NCBI GenBank assembly: GCA_043228905.1 | Contig: JBHGNT010000007.1 | Span: 5,766,001 to 5,830,000, forward strand | DNA: 64,000 nt | Direction of reading: 5' to 3' | From: Azolla caroliniana | Lineage: Eukaryota > Plantae > Polypodiophyta | Program-made: the position numbers and the translations under genes | Notes under the pieces: model-generated | The model's database searches: none | What the model saw: the letters and a program-made list of their open reading frames with translations, nothing else | Told to the model about the DNA's origin: nothing | In this document: one piece after another, positions 11,801 through 25,200 of the stretch | Numbering within the stretch: position 1 is the first letter of the stretch | Layout: the number at the start of each line of letters is the position of its first letter

Positions 11801-14800
11801 GGTCCAATGCGATAAATGTAAAATCTGGGTACATGCAGAGTGTGATAAAATTAGTAGCAAACGTCTTAAGGTATACAATCTACTTTCGATAATCTTTGGT
11901 TATGTGTATGATAGGGAATAATAGGCATTCAAAACTATCTCTGGCCATAATAAAATAATACCTGTAAATGTATGAAGGAATCTGTTTATGTACCTTTGTT
12001 GTATAGGGTGATTCTTTCCATCCCTAAATTCTACTGATCTTAAATGAGAGGTCAGGTTGCAAGTGATTTCCTGCAGAGACTAAATAGAACTTAAGTTTCT
12101 GAGAGTTGTTGCATGGATACAATTTCCTAAAGACAAGAGGCCATAACTTTGAACAATACCCTGCCATTTATTACATCACTGCCATCCAAATCACTTTTAG
12201 AATTAATATTGAATCCCTCTTTGTATGGTGCAATGAGCTTGTCAAGCCATGAGTATCTTCATTGTTGGGCATTCGGGTATGTGGTTGCAGCATATCACAG
12301 TGTGTTTGTTTTCCTGTTCTTCGTATTTTTATACTTCAAAAGAAGGTTTCTATCATATTCTGCTCTGATAACAGCAACATACTGAAGGTTTTAAAATGCA
12401 AGGAATTCGATTAAGAACCTTTAATTCTAGATAGATCCAACTACTCTAGAGTTCGAAAAACAGCTGAGTCCAAAGCTCCTAGGTATAGTTAGCTTCTGTG
12501 TAAACAGAAAAGAGTAGAGTCTAATGTATGATAGTTTAATTGCTAAAGGCAGTTTGAAGACATCATAGTAATGATGCCCTCATTGTCATTGATGAATGCA
12601 TACCTTCATGTTCAAATTATTTTCATCTTATAAGTCATTACCTAGCAATAACCTTCTCACACAACAACTTTTAACAATCATTACATCACACTGGATTGAA
12701 TGATTAGGAATTATTATATTGAATTTATTTATGCATCTAATTATGGCTTTGTTTTCTTAATACATTTCTGTTCTGTGAAAGTCGTAACAACTTTTATTTA
12801 TCTAACTTTGGTTCCAGGACTTGGGAAACGGTGCTGAATACTACTGTCCTGATTGCAAGAAATGTCATAGCATTCAAAATGTGGCAAAGCATAAGAGAAC
12901 TGATGAGTAAGAATTTCGAACTAGGTGGAATCTTAGCTTGCTCAATCACTATTTTCTATTGTACTTTGAATTTATTTACATTCAGTTATTTGTATCAGTG
13001 CTGTGCGTACTGAAGTGAAAGTTCCAGATTCTATCAGTGTGGTTTGCTATGGAAAAGAGGCAGAGTATCATCCAAAGTTGCATCAGTGAGTAAAAAAGAG
13101 TGCACTATTAAAGTAGTTTCTGTTCTGCAGTTGTGTATTTTCTGATGACCATTCTAAATTGCAGGGTTCTTTGTAAATGTGTTGAGTGTGAGGGTGGACG
13201 GATGATGGGTCCTTCTAAATGGGAGAGACATACTGGAAGCAAGAAAAAGAAGTGGAAAGAGAGTATTAAATTGAAAAATTCTAAGAGGACTCTCCTATCA
13301 TGGGTAATATTTTGCTTTCTCTTAAAGATGTTAATTTTTGTTTCTTCCTTTCTGCAGACGTGCTCTATATACATAGAATATTGTATATTACTAACAATTT
13401 CTATCTGGTTGGATAGATACAATATATGATAAAGAAAGGCACAGGAAAGCTTGCTTATGGGGGATCTGAAGTACGAATGCCATCTCGCCAATTGGAATGG
13501 GAGATAAATGCATGTCTTAAAGGTCAGTACCTACCCTTTTTTGTAGGATGACCCCTTAAAGATATGAATTCCTCTTCTTCATATTAGTTCCTAGCCCAGA
13601 TTGTAATAGAGTGTGTGTATTGAAGGGTATAGTGTTGAACCATAAAAAAATCCTTTGTGGATTTCCTGATTTCTTTTAGCAGTTTCTCTTTATGGCACTT
13701 GATCTATAGTAAGAACACTCCCACGCTACATGCATGTCTTAAAGGTCAATATCTACTCTTTTTTGCAAGATGACCTTTTGAGGTTATGAATTTTTCTTGG
13801 ATTGTTGTGCCTTCATGTTGGTTCCCAGCCTACATTGTAATAGGGTGTGTGCATTGAAGGGCATATTGTTGAAGAATCATCTAAAAATCCTTTGTGGATT
13901 TCCTGATTTCTTTTAGCAGTTTCTCTTTATGACACTTGATCTATAGTAAGAACACTCCCACACATCCTTGCCTTTCTAATGCATTGCGTTGCAGATGACC
14001 TAAAGCCGATTGGGGAAAAGAAATGATATCTTCCCCTTATTGCATAGTAAAAAATGTGATAACAGATATAAAGATCCTTGTATTCCACCTCATGATGGAG
14101 TAATTAGCAGATATGATTCTCCAAAGCTCCGTGTTTTTTGACCCTGCCTCTATTTGCAGTTGATGTTAAGATATCCTGATCTGCTCTATCACAGTGTGAA
14201 ACACATGGGAGAGGTGAGTACCTATGTAAGAGTTGAATGATAAATCCAGTGGTGATATGTGGGGATTGCTATATCAGGTTTGATGAATAAGTTTGGATCA
14301 CCGTATTCTTCACCAGGTTATGTCAAGATGTGCGCGATCAAAGCTATCTAGAAATGGGGTAATGTGTCTACATTGAGTGCATGGAATTGAAACTACTCGT
14401 GCATTTGGCCAACCAAGTTTGAACAATGAATGCTCCCTTGTTCTGCCAGCTGTGTATCCCATATGTACCAATCTTTAATATCTCAGCCTTGGGATCAGGT
14501 GAAAACAAGTCACAGCTTGAAAGAGTGCCTTGTAAACTAGTGGGGCTGTACCAATCTCTTCATGGACAATGCCATCCCGCATCAATAGGTTTCTGTGTGT
14601 TGTGTGGGGAATCGTCTAAACCAATGCATCTCCTATATCTGGTGATTTGTGTAGGAGATTCTGTGCGATAAATATCTCCATTTTCAAACTATTTCATCTT
14701 AAATGTGTTAGTAGTTATTGAGGTTGTACATGTTCAGTCTCTTGAGGATACCAAGGGCTGTATATCCTTGAAAAGTTATGCATATGCTCTTGTGAATGTG

Positions 14801-17800
14801 TACCCCACGCATTCCCATCCAATTAAGAACCAATCATCTAGATGCTGACCTTGGTTTTATCAAGGTTCAGCCACAAATCTTTGTCTCTAATCCTTCAGGA
14901 CAACTTGAAATCAGTACCGTATAATTTCCACATAGTAGTATTTGATATGGCAAATGTGCTTTGGATGCTGAGCAGAACTCGGAAAAACGCCCATCTAAAT
15001 CAGGTCAACATGTTGAATCCAAGTCGCAGTGTGGGTATTTGAAACCATCCAACTACAAAACGTGACTAATTAGTACATGCATACATATGTTTACACTATA
15101 TATGAAGGCAAACCAGCAGTTGCCTGAGGATTAAATCCAAGTTGTTGTTTTGCTGCTTGAAATCATCCAATGACGAAACTGGGCTTGTTAGTATATGCAT
15201 ATATATGTTTACTCACATTTATCCTCGTTGTTTTTACTAAAAGAATAGGAAGAAAGTGTACATAAATCATGCTAGTAACCTTCTGTACGATAATATATTT
15301 ACCTGAAATAGTTATCTTCCTGTTCAGGACTGTATGAGCCAGTATTTTTGAACTGGACACCAGAAAGATGTGCAATTTGCCGCTGGGTTGAAGATTATGA
15401 CTACAATAAGATTCTTATTTGCAACCGGTATTCCTTTTCAAAAGTTTACATATTATTAATGTTTTAGACTTGAAATTCTATTGGTGATTTCTGAAGTTTC
15501 AATATTGATGTTTGTAGGTGCCACATAGCTGTACATGAAGATTGCTATGGAGTGCGAGCATCCGAGTTAAATGGTGGATTCACATGCCGAGCTTGTGAAA
15601 ACCCTGATGTTGAACGTGAATGCTGCTTGTGTCCAGTAAAAGGTTCTGTTCCTATGTAGCAAATACTTTACTTTTGATCATCTTTTGCAAGACTTTGCTC
15701 ACTCACTGTTTTAGTTTTCTTCCATCAGGTGGTGCATTGAAACCTTCCACTATCCAAGGCCTTTGGGTTCATGTGTTTTGTGCTTGGTTCATCCCGGAAA
15801 TGTCCTTCCAGAGTGTGTCGAAGATGGAACCAGCAGATGGCTTGTCAGATATCAATTTCACTCGGTTTCACCAGGTTGCAATTTGAGTTTCTTTTTTGCG
15901 AATTTTTATGAACACTTCATTATTTTTCATTTTCAATTTGTTGGAGACACACTCTATGTAATTGGAGACAGCAGTAGGAAAGAACCCTGTGCAGTTGAAC
16001 CAAATTAAAGGAAAAGAAAGTATTTGGCCTGATCTGGTCTGACGACTCCTTTTTGCTGCTATTTAACTTCTATGAATTGTTTTCTCTCATGTCGGCCTTT
16101 TTGAGAACTCTAGGTTGCTTTTGCAATTTAGTACAAGTTCTTTTAATAAGTCACAGATTTTAGGTTGCAAACTTACCTCAATGAGTTTATACTTCCCATA
16201 GATCAGAATTTCAATGTTTGCAAGAGCTTCTCACCATGCTTGGAAGCTGTAATAAGACATTGATTTCCTTAACTTCAGTTTTCTGGTTCCTACAATTAGC
16301 CAAAATAGGAATTTTCTGTTTCTCTCATATTTCCTGTCAAAAGGCATGTCTTTGGCCTAACTTTCTTGGATTTTGGATTTCTGTAAAGGTTTGTGCAGTC
16401 TGCAAGCAAACACATGGAGCATGCATCAAATGTGAGGATTGTGCTACCACTTATCATGTCACATGTGCAGCAAGAGCTGGCTACCATATGGAAGTAAGTT
16501 TCTACAAGTACTTATCACTTAACATGTGAGATGTGTATGGACTGTGATTTGTGTGACAGCAAGGATATATGCATGATTTTTTGGATGGACAAGGAGACAC
16601 ACCAATAGTTTCTGTTTAAAAGCATTTTGAAAAATCTGGAAGCTGGAATATTTGTCCATTGATGCTTAATTTAGATTCACCAAAATAATTGTAACAAAGT
16701 AAATAAGTAAATAACATTAAATATGGCTAAAGAATCTCGATCGATGCATGTAAGATTCTGAAGACAGGTAGATTTGAAAGATCTCTGATTCTCTAGCATA
16801 GGTTAATCCAAAATGGAGAGATCTCTGAAGCGAGGGAATCACCTGGCAAGAAAGAATAAGAAAGATATTAATGTGTTTTAAGAAGCCAAAATGGCATAGA
16901 AAGTGTATGTGCCTGTAATTTTTTCAGATCCAAACTCTTAAGCACAAGGACATGCAGATCAAGAAAATATCCTATTGTGCAGAACACAGGTATTTCTTGC
17001 AGTGTACCTGAAGATATTCAAACTGTCTTGTTTCCTTTTGTCAATCATTTGAATGTGTGCTACTAGGGAACCAAATCCAGATGCAAGATTGGCCCTTACA
17101 TGTCCTGATGGAGATGCAAAAATAGGGGATAATGCTGACACAAAAGAACCTGACAGTGTAGTTGATCTACTGGAGACGAGCACAGTGATGGAAAATGATG
17201 AGACATCATTTTTCAAATCGTGTTTAACACCATCTACTTCACGATGTTGTGAATACAACCCAGAATACAAATCATATAAGGTATTTTTCTAGCATTGCCG
17301 TCCAGAAAGAAATAGTGATTTGCATATTCAAGTTAAGATCAAATCAATGGTTAACCTGAATTGATTTATGTCTAAATCAATTGTCAGAGATCACAAAAGG
17401 AACCTATTATTCATCGAGCTGCTGGTTACTCATGGCATTCACTGGCATTGATTGATAGCTTAAGAGTAAGTTGTGTATGTCTAATATTATATATGAAAAA
17501 TGCCGAGAAACCCCAACCCATTAAGAGGGTTGATAATTTTGAATATCTTGAAATGGATGCATTTTTCTATTTGTTATTCAAGCATGCTTTCATTCTTGTG
17601 AATGCCTTGCAGGAAAACTTCAGCTTCAAGGAGATGCCCTCACTTGAAGAAAAGCTGAGATATGTACAGGTATGCTATGTTGAAACTAATGTCATATCAA
17701 TAGTAGCTTGTAATACTGTACTTGAGTCATAAGTGAATTCTTCAAAGCAGGTTAGAGAGAATACCATAGTTTGCTTTGGAAGATCAGGAATACATGGTTG

Positions 17801-18638
17801 GGGTTTATTTACAAGACGCTCTGTCCAAGCAGGAGAGATGGTAAATAAAATAGATGCTTTTTGCAGAAACAAAAGCCACAATCCAGTTCACTATCTTTGA
17901 AAATTTGTGATTGCTTTGTAGGTTGTGGATTATCGAGGGGAGGTGGTAAGACGGAGTGTTGCAGATCTGCGTGAGAGAAGATATCGGTTAGAAGGAAAAG
18001 ACTGCTATGTGAGAATCCAACAAAAGTTTGACTATAACTCCTTTTTTTAAGTCTTTAGATTCCTCCTTACACATTCCCTTCCCAACCTACAATTGATCCG
18101 GATAAGTTCATTTGTGTGTCAGCTCTTTAAAATAAGTGAAGAGGTAGTCATTGATGCAACAGAGAAAGGGAATATTGCTCGGCTAATCAACCATTCGGTA
18201 CATTCCATTTCATTTTCCTTCAAAAGCATAAGATGAAACACAAGTTGTATATGTTGGGACATTGGGCATGTAAAGTTTAGTTGAATCTATGTGCATTTCT
18301 GCACATGATTGATGCATCTTGATTTAAAGAATGTATCTTATCTAATGAATGTTTGTCCAAAACAGTGTGATCCGAACTGTTATGCACGTATTATGCCGAT
18401 ACAAGGAGCTGGAGAAGCATGCATTGTGCTGATGGCTCGAAAAGCTTTAACGGCTGGAGAGGAGTTAACGTGAGCTCCCCGTGCTATTTATGACCTGTCT
18501 TCTAAGAGAGTATGTATAGTTTACAATAATATTTAATTAAGTCTTGCTTTTTGCAGGTATGATTACTCTTTTGATACAGAAAACAAGCAAGTTCCCTGCC
18601 TTTGTGGTGCACCTACATGTAGGAAGTTCATGTGTTAA
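1..18638 (+). CDS. ATX3: Trithorax-group histone H3K4 methyltransferase, ATX3/ATX4/ATX5 class (PWWP, PHD fingers, ePHD, SET, post-SET); 5' end outside window
   Basis: Frame is open from base 3. Phase-consistent GT-AG exons: <1-932, 1029-1084, 11086-11302, 11393-11521, 11614-11682, 11802-11870, 12818-12906, 12999-13085, 13165-13303, 13417-13522, 15328-15427, 15518-15642, 15729-15874, 16389-16493, 16928-16989, 17067-17280, 17388-17465, 17613-17669, 17751-17840, 17922-18008, 18123-18197, 18366-18469, 18557-18638(TAA). Motifs: GDIVWAK..PVWPA (PWWP), [22 protein letters not shown] (PHD), [70 protein letters not shown]. The exact paralog (ATX3/4/5) is not resolvable. Confidence 0.93.
1150..1900 (-). 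mobile_element. Highly decayed putative CRE-clade (restriction-like endonuclease) non-LTR retrotransposon 3' fragment
   Basis: Minus-strand peptide scraps in the expected order (VLDPPS.., [22 protein letters not shown]) resemble recalled CRE motifs xDPxGxH, DIVLTKDGIRTL and NQFLPLAIEVF. Heavily frameshifted; boundaries approximate. Confidence 0.3.
2176..2614 (+). mobile_element. Probable solo LTR
   Basis: Starts TG (tgttcaaat) and ends CA (ttgtacca). Flanked by tagg on both sides (2172-2175, 2615-2618). Internal TATA-like ttataag near 2498. Confidence 0.45.
2620..3110 (+). mobile_element. Decayed RTE-clade LINE, reverse transcriptase fragment (left flank of Copia-1)
   Basis: [12 protein letters not shown] and GVKQGxxLSPLLFG-like motifs at 2984-3025. 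Bases 2984-3100 align with the reverse complement of 58515-58636. Confidence 0.6.
3111..3306 (+). repeat. 5' LTR of Copia-1
   Basis: tgttgaa...tttttca followed by att and the PBS; matches 8995-9169. Confidence 0.88.
5832..6880 (-). mobile_element. 5'-truncated RTE-clade LINE with (TTTC)n tail nested in the Copia-1 integrase region
   Basis: Copia frame reads CWSPIER, then resumes as [10 protein letters not shown] at 6882. The insert carries a minus-strand ORF ending [40 protein letters not shown] (RTE C-terminal zinc-binding motif), a ~570-bp 3' UTR and a (GAAA)n tail at 5826-5857. Confidence 0.88.
8995..9169 (+). repeat. 3' LTR of Copia-1, missing the last ~20 bp
   Basis: Identity to the 5' LTR stops at tattgaaca and is followed by gaaca repeats. 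Confidence 0.88.
9185..9400 (+). mobile_element. Decayed RTE LINE 3' end (right flank of Copia-1)
   Basis: Reads [24 protein letters not shown], resembling the RTE C-terminal motif. Ends cccctattgatg..(TCA)n at 9385-9400. Confidence 0.45.
9649..10559 (+). mobile_element. 5'-truncated L1-clade LINE with poly(A) tail and 24-bp TSD
   Basis: zf-RVT-like fragments ([50 protein letters not shown]). AATAAA at 10534 and A-run 10551-10561. TSD aagctac[c/g]tagtttagatacaatt at 9625-9648 and 10560-10583. Confidence 0.88.
13509..13961 (+). repeat. Tandem duplication (~220 bp x2) including the ATX exon 10 end and donor site
   Basis: atgcatgtcttaaaggtca starts both copies (13509, 13729); both end ...aagaacactcccac. 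Confidence 0.85.
13990..15050 (-). mobile_element. Decayed RTE LINE fragment in ATX intron 10
   Basis: Minus strand near 14010-14130 reads [34 protein letters not shown], homologous to [35 protein letters not shown] of the 5832-6880 element. Right boundary approximate. Confidence 0.55.
16680..16900 (-). mobile_element. Rearranged 3'-UTR fragment of the (TTTC)-tailed RTE family
   Basis: 16680-16845 aligns to 5945-6130 (ctctagcataggt..gaagcgagggaa.cacct). 16850-16897 aligns to the tail and tattaa.gt.ttttaaga.gccaaaatggc at 5850-5888. Confidence 0.65.
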
Positions 18639-21593
18639 GATTTATGTGTAAAGTGTGTTAGTTCCTGTTAGAGATCTGAAGTCTCCATAGTTCCCTTCAC
18701 TGTTCAGGAGTCTTTTAGAGGTTGTTATATAGAAACCTGTATCAATAACACAATTTTTTGAGTTATACATGTTCGTCACATTTATTAACCCATACACACG
18801 AGAATCTTGGGGAAGAGACTACATCACTGTGAAACATGGAGAAAGCAAAGGTATACATGGTTAAATACTTTACGGACGAAGAGATATGGTGGATGCATGA
18901 TCTAGAGAGAAAAAAGATCATTGTGAAGCACCAGTATTATTTGGAAGGTTCAATGGTTAAAGACTGCACAGATAAGATTTCCATGGATTTCATATTATAG
19001 AGGTTCTCAAAATTCTCTCATCATGCTGCTATCCATACCTGAAACCCTAAATCCCCTCCTAGACACAAATTCTGTTCACATAGTTGTGGAAAAATGACTT
19101 TGATCTACATCAATCTTGTAAAGTAGTATCCAAAAGGATCTATGGCGTATGGAGATGGCTTGACCTATCTATCTATTTGGCTGTCTTGTTAGGAAATTTG
19201 GGGATGTCCAATACCTACCCAAAACATATCTATCACAAGAAAATTTTATTTGATCTGCAACCTTGATGAAATATTTGTATCCTACATCTCTAACATCATA
19301 TGGAGTTCCTCTTTCTATTGTGAATAACATGTAATAGTGGAGGTGTTTCACATGATGACGAATTAGCCTTTTAATTGTGTCCTTGTAGTCAGTTGTACAT
19401 TAAGACTGGTCTCCCATCTAACTTTTAATTTGAAGTTTTCACTTTTCCATGTTACATGGATATATTGAGAGAATAGTCAAGTAGCATTTGTGAAACATCA
19501 CTTTTAATGCATCATTAGGACTATAAAATGTAACAAATATGATTGTACTAGAGCACTATTGATCATTTGTATGAAACATCAAATATTATTGCAATATTTG
19601 ATTGAATGTTGAGCATTTCTTTTTTTATGCTTTATCAAAGTCTTTCTCTTCATCCTTCAATTTAGATATTCTTGTTAAAATGTCATGCACAACATACTTC
19701 TTTATAAGATGCGGTACAATCGGGAAAAGTGTGTTAGTATCACAATAGCTTTTTCTACACAATTCCAAGTACAACTTTAGGCATGCCACTTTTGTTTTGA
19801 ACCATTTTTGTTTCCCATTAAATTGGGCCCAATTCTTTATCTTGCACTATACGTTCTCTTGCATGAGAATTAGAGAATTGCACTATACGTACTAGAATGA
19901 CATGAGTTGGAATATCCTTTTACAGAGATGTAATGGATTAATACAAAATGGTTATTGCATTCTTTTCTTGCCAATGAGGTTGATTGATTTTTGCATTATT
20001 CATTCAAAGACATAAGTTAATTATTACAATTATTAGTTACTAAAGTGATTAGTGGGGTTTTCTACATGGATGTAATTACACAAATGCTCACCGATTTTAT
20101 ATTTTATAGATCTAATGCCTACACTAGCAAAAATGATAGGAGTATTAAAGCTCATGTCATTCTAGTACAATGTTTGAAAGAATTACATGCTTGCCTACAC
20201 TTGGTATGATTATCATGACAATTGAGAACCAAGAGAAAACAACCTTTATCACAAAATGAGGCATATACGTCATCATTGTCATGATGTTTAGCCTCAAGAC
20301 AACCTCTACCATGTTCTAGTGCCTCATCATCACGATATTTGAATTGTATATATCTAGCTTCAAGAAGATATTCTCTATGACTTTATCATGTGCAACAACT
20401 AAGTCAACCACCTATGACACGAGTCTTATTGAACACCAAGTGATGGTATTATACCTTAGCCCGTATTCAAATCCATATTGAGCATCAGGTGGGCTGAACC
20501 CCTTATTCTAGGAGGCACCACCTTCTTGGTAGATGTTTACCACATCTTGCAAACGGGTGTTGGCTCGATCATAGTGATGGATTTAAGATTAGGAATATTG
20601 CTTGCGAGAATGAACGAATATGTGTTATGCAAGTTCTTAGTATTAGCCACCATGTTATGAGATATTTTAATGGTAGTCTTATGTGTTGGATATCAAAGCA
20701 CAAGAAAACCTCTATAGAGTTGTTAAGTGTTACTAATGGGGCCACATATGGACAAGGATGTAGTGGATGATGTGACTTGTTGCATTCTTTGTCAAATCTT
20801 AGTATACGAGATTTTGTTATCCTAGATTATTGTAGCATTTGCATGTTCAAAATAGGAAATGGGAAACCATGTTTGAAGATTTTGTTGTGAGCTTGTCTTG
20901 CACTCAATGCCAATATAGCATGGTACTATTTGCCATTGGTTATTTGACTAAAAAGGCACACTTTATTCCCACAACAAAGGAAGCAATTGCTACATAGGGA
21001 GTTGATCAATTGCTAGAAGGCCAAGTAGATGATGACGACCTTATCTCAACGTAAGTTGGACACTTGCATGTAGAGTGATACTCATCCTCTATCTCTATGT
21101 GACATAATCTACATATCGTTTCCTCTCTAGGGACTCTATTCACATGATCATTCTCAACCTCAAGTTGGTGAGTCGATACTCTAAGTTGTCCAATGGCAAC
21201 CCTTAATGTATTTGGTAAGAACATATCTAAATATTTTGGTCGTATAATAAAACCTAACTTAGAGAAGTGCATGAATTCCTTATAGTACAACATTTTAGGT
21301 GGGAATGGTTCTAGTGGGTTGATCCATTGATGTCGAATGTGAATTTTCCATATTTCTTGGCATATTACTTTATTACAGTCCTCATGAGAGATTAAAGTTT
21401 TATCAGTTGTGGTTGTACTTGAGAGGAGGTAGGTTATTAATGTCTAGGCCGTTTGCAAAAAGCCAACTTACCATAGTGCAATACCCCTGTTATACCAAGA
21501 GCTAGTGTATCAGGATTCATAAAGTGGTTGAAATGCCTCAAAAGCTTGACAAGATCTCCTATCTTGTGATTGACTATGTATCCTATTAATACA

Positions 21594-22066
21594 TGCTAAT
21601 AATTAGGTAATTAATTAAGGATTAATTAGTAACTAATTATGCGAGTAGTTAATCACATATGTGATTAAGCAACGAAAGATTATGTGATATGTGGGTGAGA
21701 GGAAGAGAGAGTGGAAGATACAATTATGATTCATGAATAATAAGATAAATGGGGGATGATTAACAAGAGTGTAGTTAAAGAGCTTTCTCTATATTAATAA
21801 GCATAAAAAAAACAAAGATACCCACAATAAGGTATATATACATCTCATGTGCAAGGGTGCACATATGTGAGGAGAATATAGGTACAAGGACATAAGTCCT
21901 ATAGTTAATGAACTTGGTGGTGGAGGATCTAGAATGCATCCCCACTAAGTACAAAATCCTATTTAAGGCTTTAACGTCAACACTTCTAACTAGATTCTAA
22001 TTATGTAACTACTAAGTTACATGGCTGACTAAATAACTAAACCTAGTTGAGCTTGATATCTCAACA
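21594..22066. mobile_element. Solo LTR nested in the RTE LINE
   Basis: TG(ctaat)...(ctcaa)CA with perfect 5-bp TSD ATACA (21589-21593, 22067-22071). Confidence 0.72.
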
Positions 22067-22250
22067 ATACAAACTATAAGTTGAAAAAGTGCTTCTATGT
22101 GCCTTGGGGGGGGGTAAAAAGAACTATGCTCTAATGATGTCATGTGACACTGTCGATTTGCTTTAGAGTTGACGTGATAACATCAATGGTCTCTATAATT
22201 GCGCTCACATGAAAGGTGGTATCCCTGGAGCCCAAACCATTGATGCATAT

Positions 22251-25200
22251 TGTGGGCATAAAAGGCTTACTCCTTCCAAATTGTATCCGTTCGAGTGTGA
22301 ACTCGTCAATAAGTTAGGGCTTAGTATATAAGCGAATACCTAACGTTGTATAGTGTGACGAGTGGAAGAGAGACAAAGAGACAGAGAACTGATTCTCTGG
22401 TTCTGTGTATTGTATCTTAGAGAGAGAGTGAGAACGAAGCAATAAAGCTTTCCATTAGAGTTTGCACTATATAAGTCTACGCCTATTCTATTTTTCTGTC
22501 TGCATTGTTTGTTGTTCATAACCAACAACAGATCCATACACGTTTCCGCAAAACACACTCGTTGTCAACAATTGGTATCAGAGCAAATCTTTATTGTTCG
22601 GCAGCAACAAACAGTAGAAGAAGCTGAAAGAAAAGACCATGTCAGAAATCTCAAGTTCACAAAAAGAATATGGTTTCAACATCTGGAACAAGAGTTGAAA
22701 TCAGAAAATTCGACGGCAAAAACTTTTCCTTGTGGAAGGAGATGATGCAGGATGTATTGACCATTCAAAGACAGGTCGAAGCCATTCGGCACAGAAAAAA
22801 ACCTGCTTCAATGACAACTGAGGAGTGGAGATCAACGAACGAAATCGCACGCTCCACCATCCAAATGCATTTGGCCGAAAACGTCTATTTCAGCATGGCG
22901 AAAGAGACGACAACGTTCTCATTGTGGGAGAAGTTGCAGGCCGTTTATGTAAAGAAGTCATCATCTTCGAAATTGATTTTGATCAAACAACTGTTCAACA
23001 TGAAGATGAGAGAGACCGATCCAGCAACCTCCCACATCAACACCTTCAACCGGGTGTTGTCTAAGATCTCGTCACAAGGGATCAACTTCGAAGAAGAAGT
23101 GAAAGCCCTTGCCCTCCTATCGAGCTTGCCGGCGAGTTGGGAGGTATTCTGCACGACATACACCAATAGCCGACCGATCCTGAATCTGGACGAAACAATC
23201 GGCCAAGTGCTTACAAGGACATTCGACGAAAATCAATGGGACTAACCATCGATGAGTCGGTAGAAGCCCATCACTCGACCGAGTCAAACGAAAGAACAAG
23301 CCGACAGAACCGGTCGACGCTACAACCGATCAAAAACGAGGGGAGACCGACAACGGTCGAAGTCAAAAACAGGCTGATCAAGCGAGTACTACACACACTA
23401 TAGGAAAGTTGACCACAATATTTCCAACTGCTGGTCAATAAAGAGAAAAGAGAGTGGTCGGCGATCCAAGCGGAATTGGGGACGTTCTGACTCAGACCAC
23501 TCTCCAGTCGGCAACCAGGTCAATGTTGCTGAAACCCGATTTGGAGAAATCCTCTCCTTAGAGGACTCAATGATCGGAGAAGTCCTCTACAGTGCAAAAG
23601 TTGCACACACGTGGATACTAGACTCTAGTGCTACAATTCATGTGACCCCCAACATTGAATGGTTCTTGAACTATTCAGCCAACGCCAACGGCACAGTTCG
23701 ACTGGGAAACGAGCAATAGTGCAAGATAGCCAGAACCGGAGAGGTTCCCATCATATTGCCATCGATCTGATCAAATGGCAACATCGAGTTTGGCACATAT
23801 CCGATCTAAAGAGGAGTCAGGTCTCCATCGACATGTTAGCCGAAGACGGGTACAGAATGACTCTACATGAGTCGACATGGGTGATTAGCCGAGGAAACCT
23901 CAAAACTAGTAGTGGGTACAAGTATAATAATCTATACCCATTGATGGAGATCAGCCCTGAAGGGGTCATGAACGTAGCCAAGAAAACCGACCCAAACTTA
24001 TGGCATGGCCGACTTGGCCACATGTCTCAAGCCGGACTTGATCGGCTGATGTCGGTTGGCTACATCCCGAAACTCCAAGCGAAGACAGACTTCTGCGAGC
24101 ATTGTCGATATGGGAAACAAACCCGAAGTCCACACTCTCTCCACTACGAGATGGTACGACAACCCTTAGCAGCCCCTAGAGCTCGTGCACACAGACATAT
24201 GTGGGCCCATGCCAGAGCGATCACTAGGAGGCTCCCGGTACTTCATCACATTCATAGATGACTATACACGGAAAGTTTGGGCATACTCCATCAAGTCCAA
24301 AGATGAAGCGCTTGAGTTCTTCACTCAATGGATATCTGAAGTGGAGAATCGGTCGGGATACAGAGTGAAGACACTCTGATCCGACAATGGAGGTGACTAC
24401 ACCTCTAGAGCCTTCAAACAGTACCTCTCCGGAAAAGGGATCCCACACCAAAAGACTGTTCCCTAAACACCCATGCAAAATGGAGTGGTAGAACGGATCA
24501 ATAGGACGATCCAAGAGAGGGTGACGACAATGCTCTTGCAATCGGGACTGAAGCTGGAATTCTGGGCCGAGGCATTGCAGACGGCAGTGTACCTGATAAA
24601 TCTGGCACCGTCAAAAGCAATCAAACTCAAAGTGCCATAGGCACTATGGTCAGGAAAACAAATGACCTACGATAGGCTCCGTATATTCAAATGCAAAGCC
24701 TATGCGTTCATCCCTAGGGACAAAAGGACGAAGTTGGCACCCCATGCAACAAAGTGCATATTTCTCGGTTATGGAATCGATGGGGACTTCGGCTATAGGA
24801 TATGGGACCCTAAGAACCGGAAACTGATCCGGAGCAGTGACGTGGTCTTCAATGAAGACTCTATCTTCTCTCAGAGGAACCAACAGAAAACAGTTGGTAA
24901 GAAGGTATCCTTCAAAGACGACAAAACTATCGTAGAAGGACCGTCCCACCGGGCTGAATCAGAGAGTCAAAAGACATTTGAACTCCAACCAGCTGACTAC
25001 TTCCTTGCTGACAATGAATCGTCGAACTCAAAGAAAAAAGTCATCAAAGACACAACCGAATTGACAAGGATCGACAAAGGCAGAGTCACCAAGAGGCAAG
25101 TCAGAAAAGAGTTGACGACAACCACATGGGAGAACAACCAAACATCGTCGAAATCCCAAACTAGGGGTGAGACACCTAACAAGACTCCGTCGAAATCCCA

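Noticed and set aside
18700-20900. AT-rich intergenic stretch with short ORFs
   Set aside because: No recognisable motif, splice pattern, terminal repeat or TSD; probably decayed TE sequence that I cannot classify.
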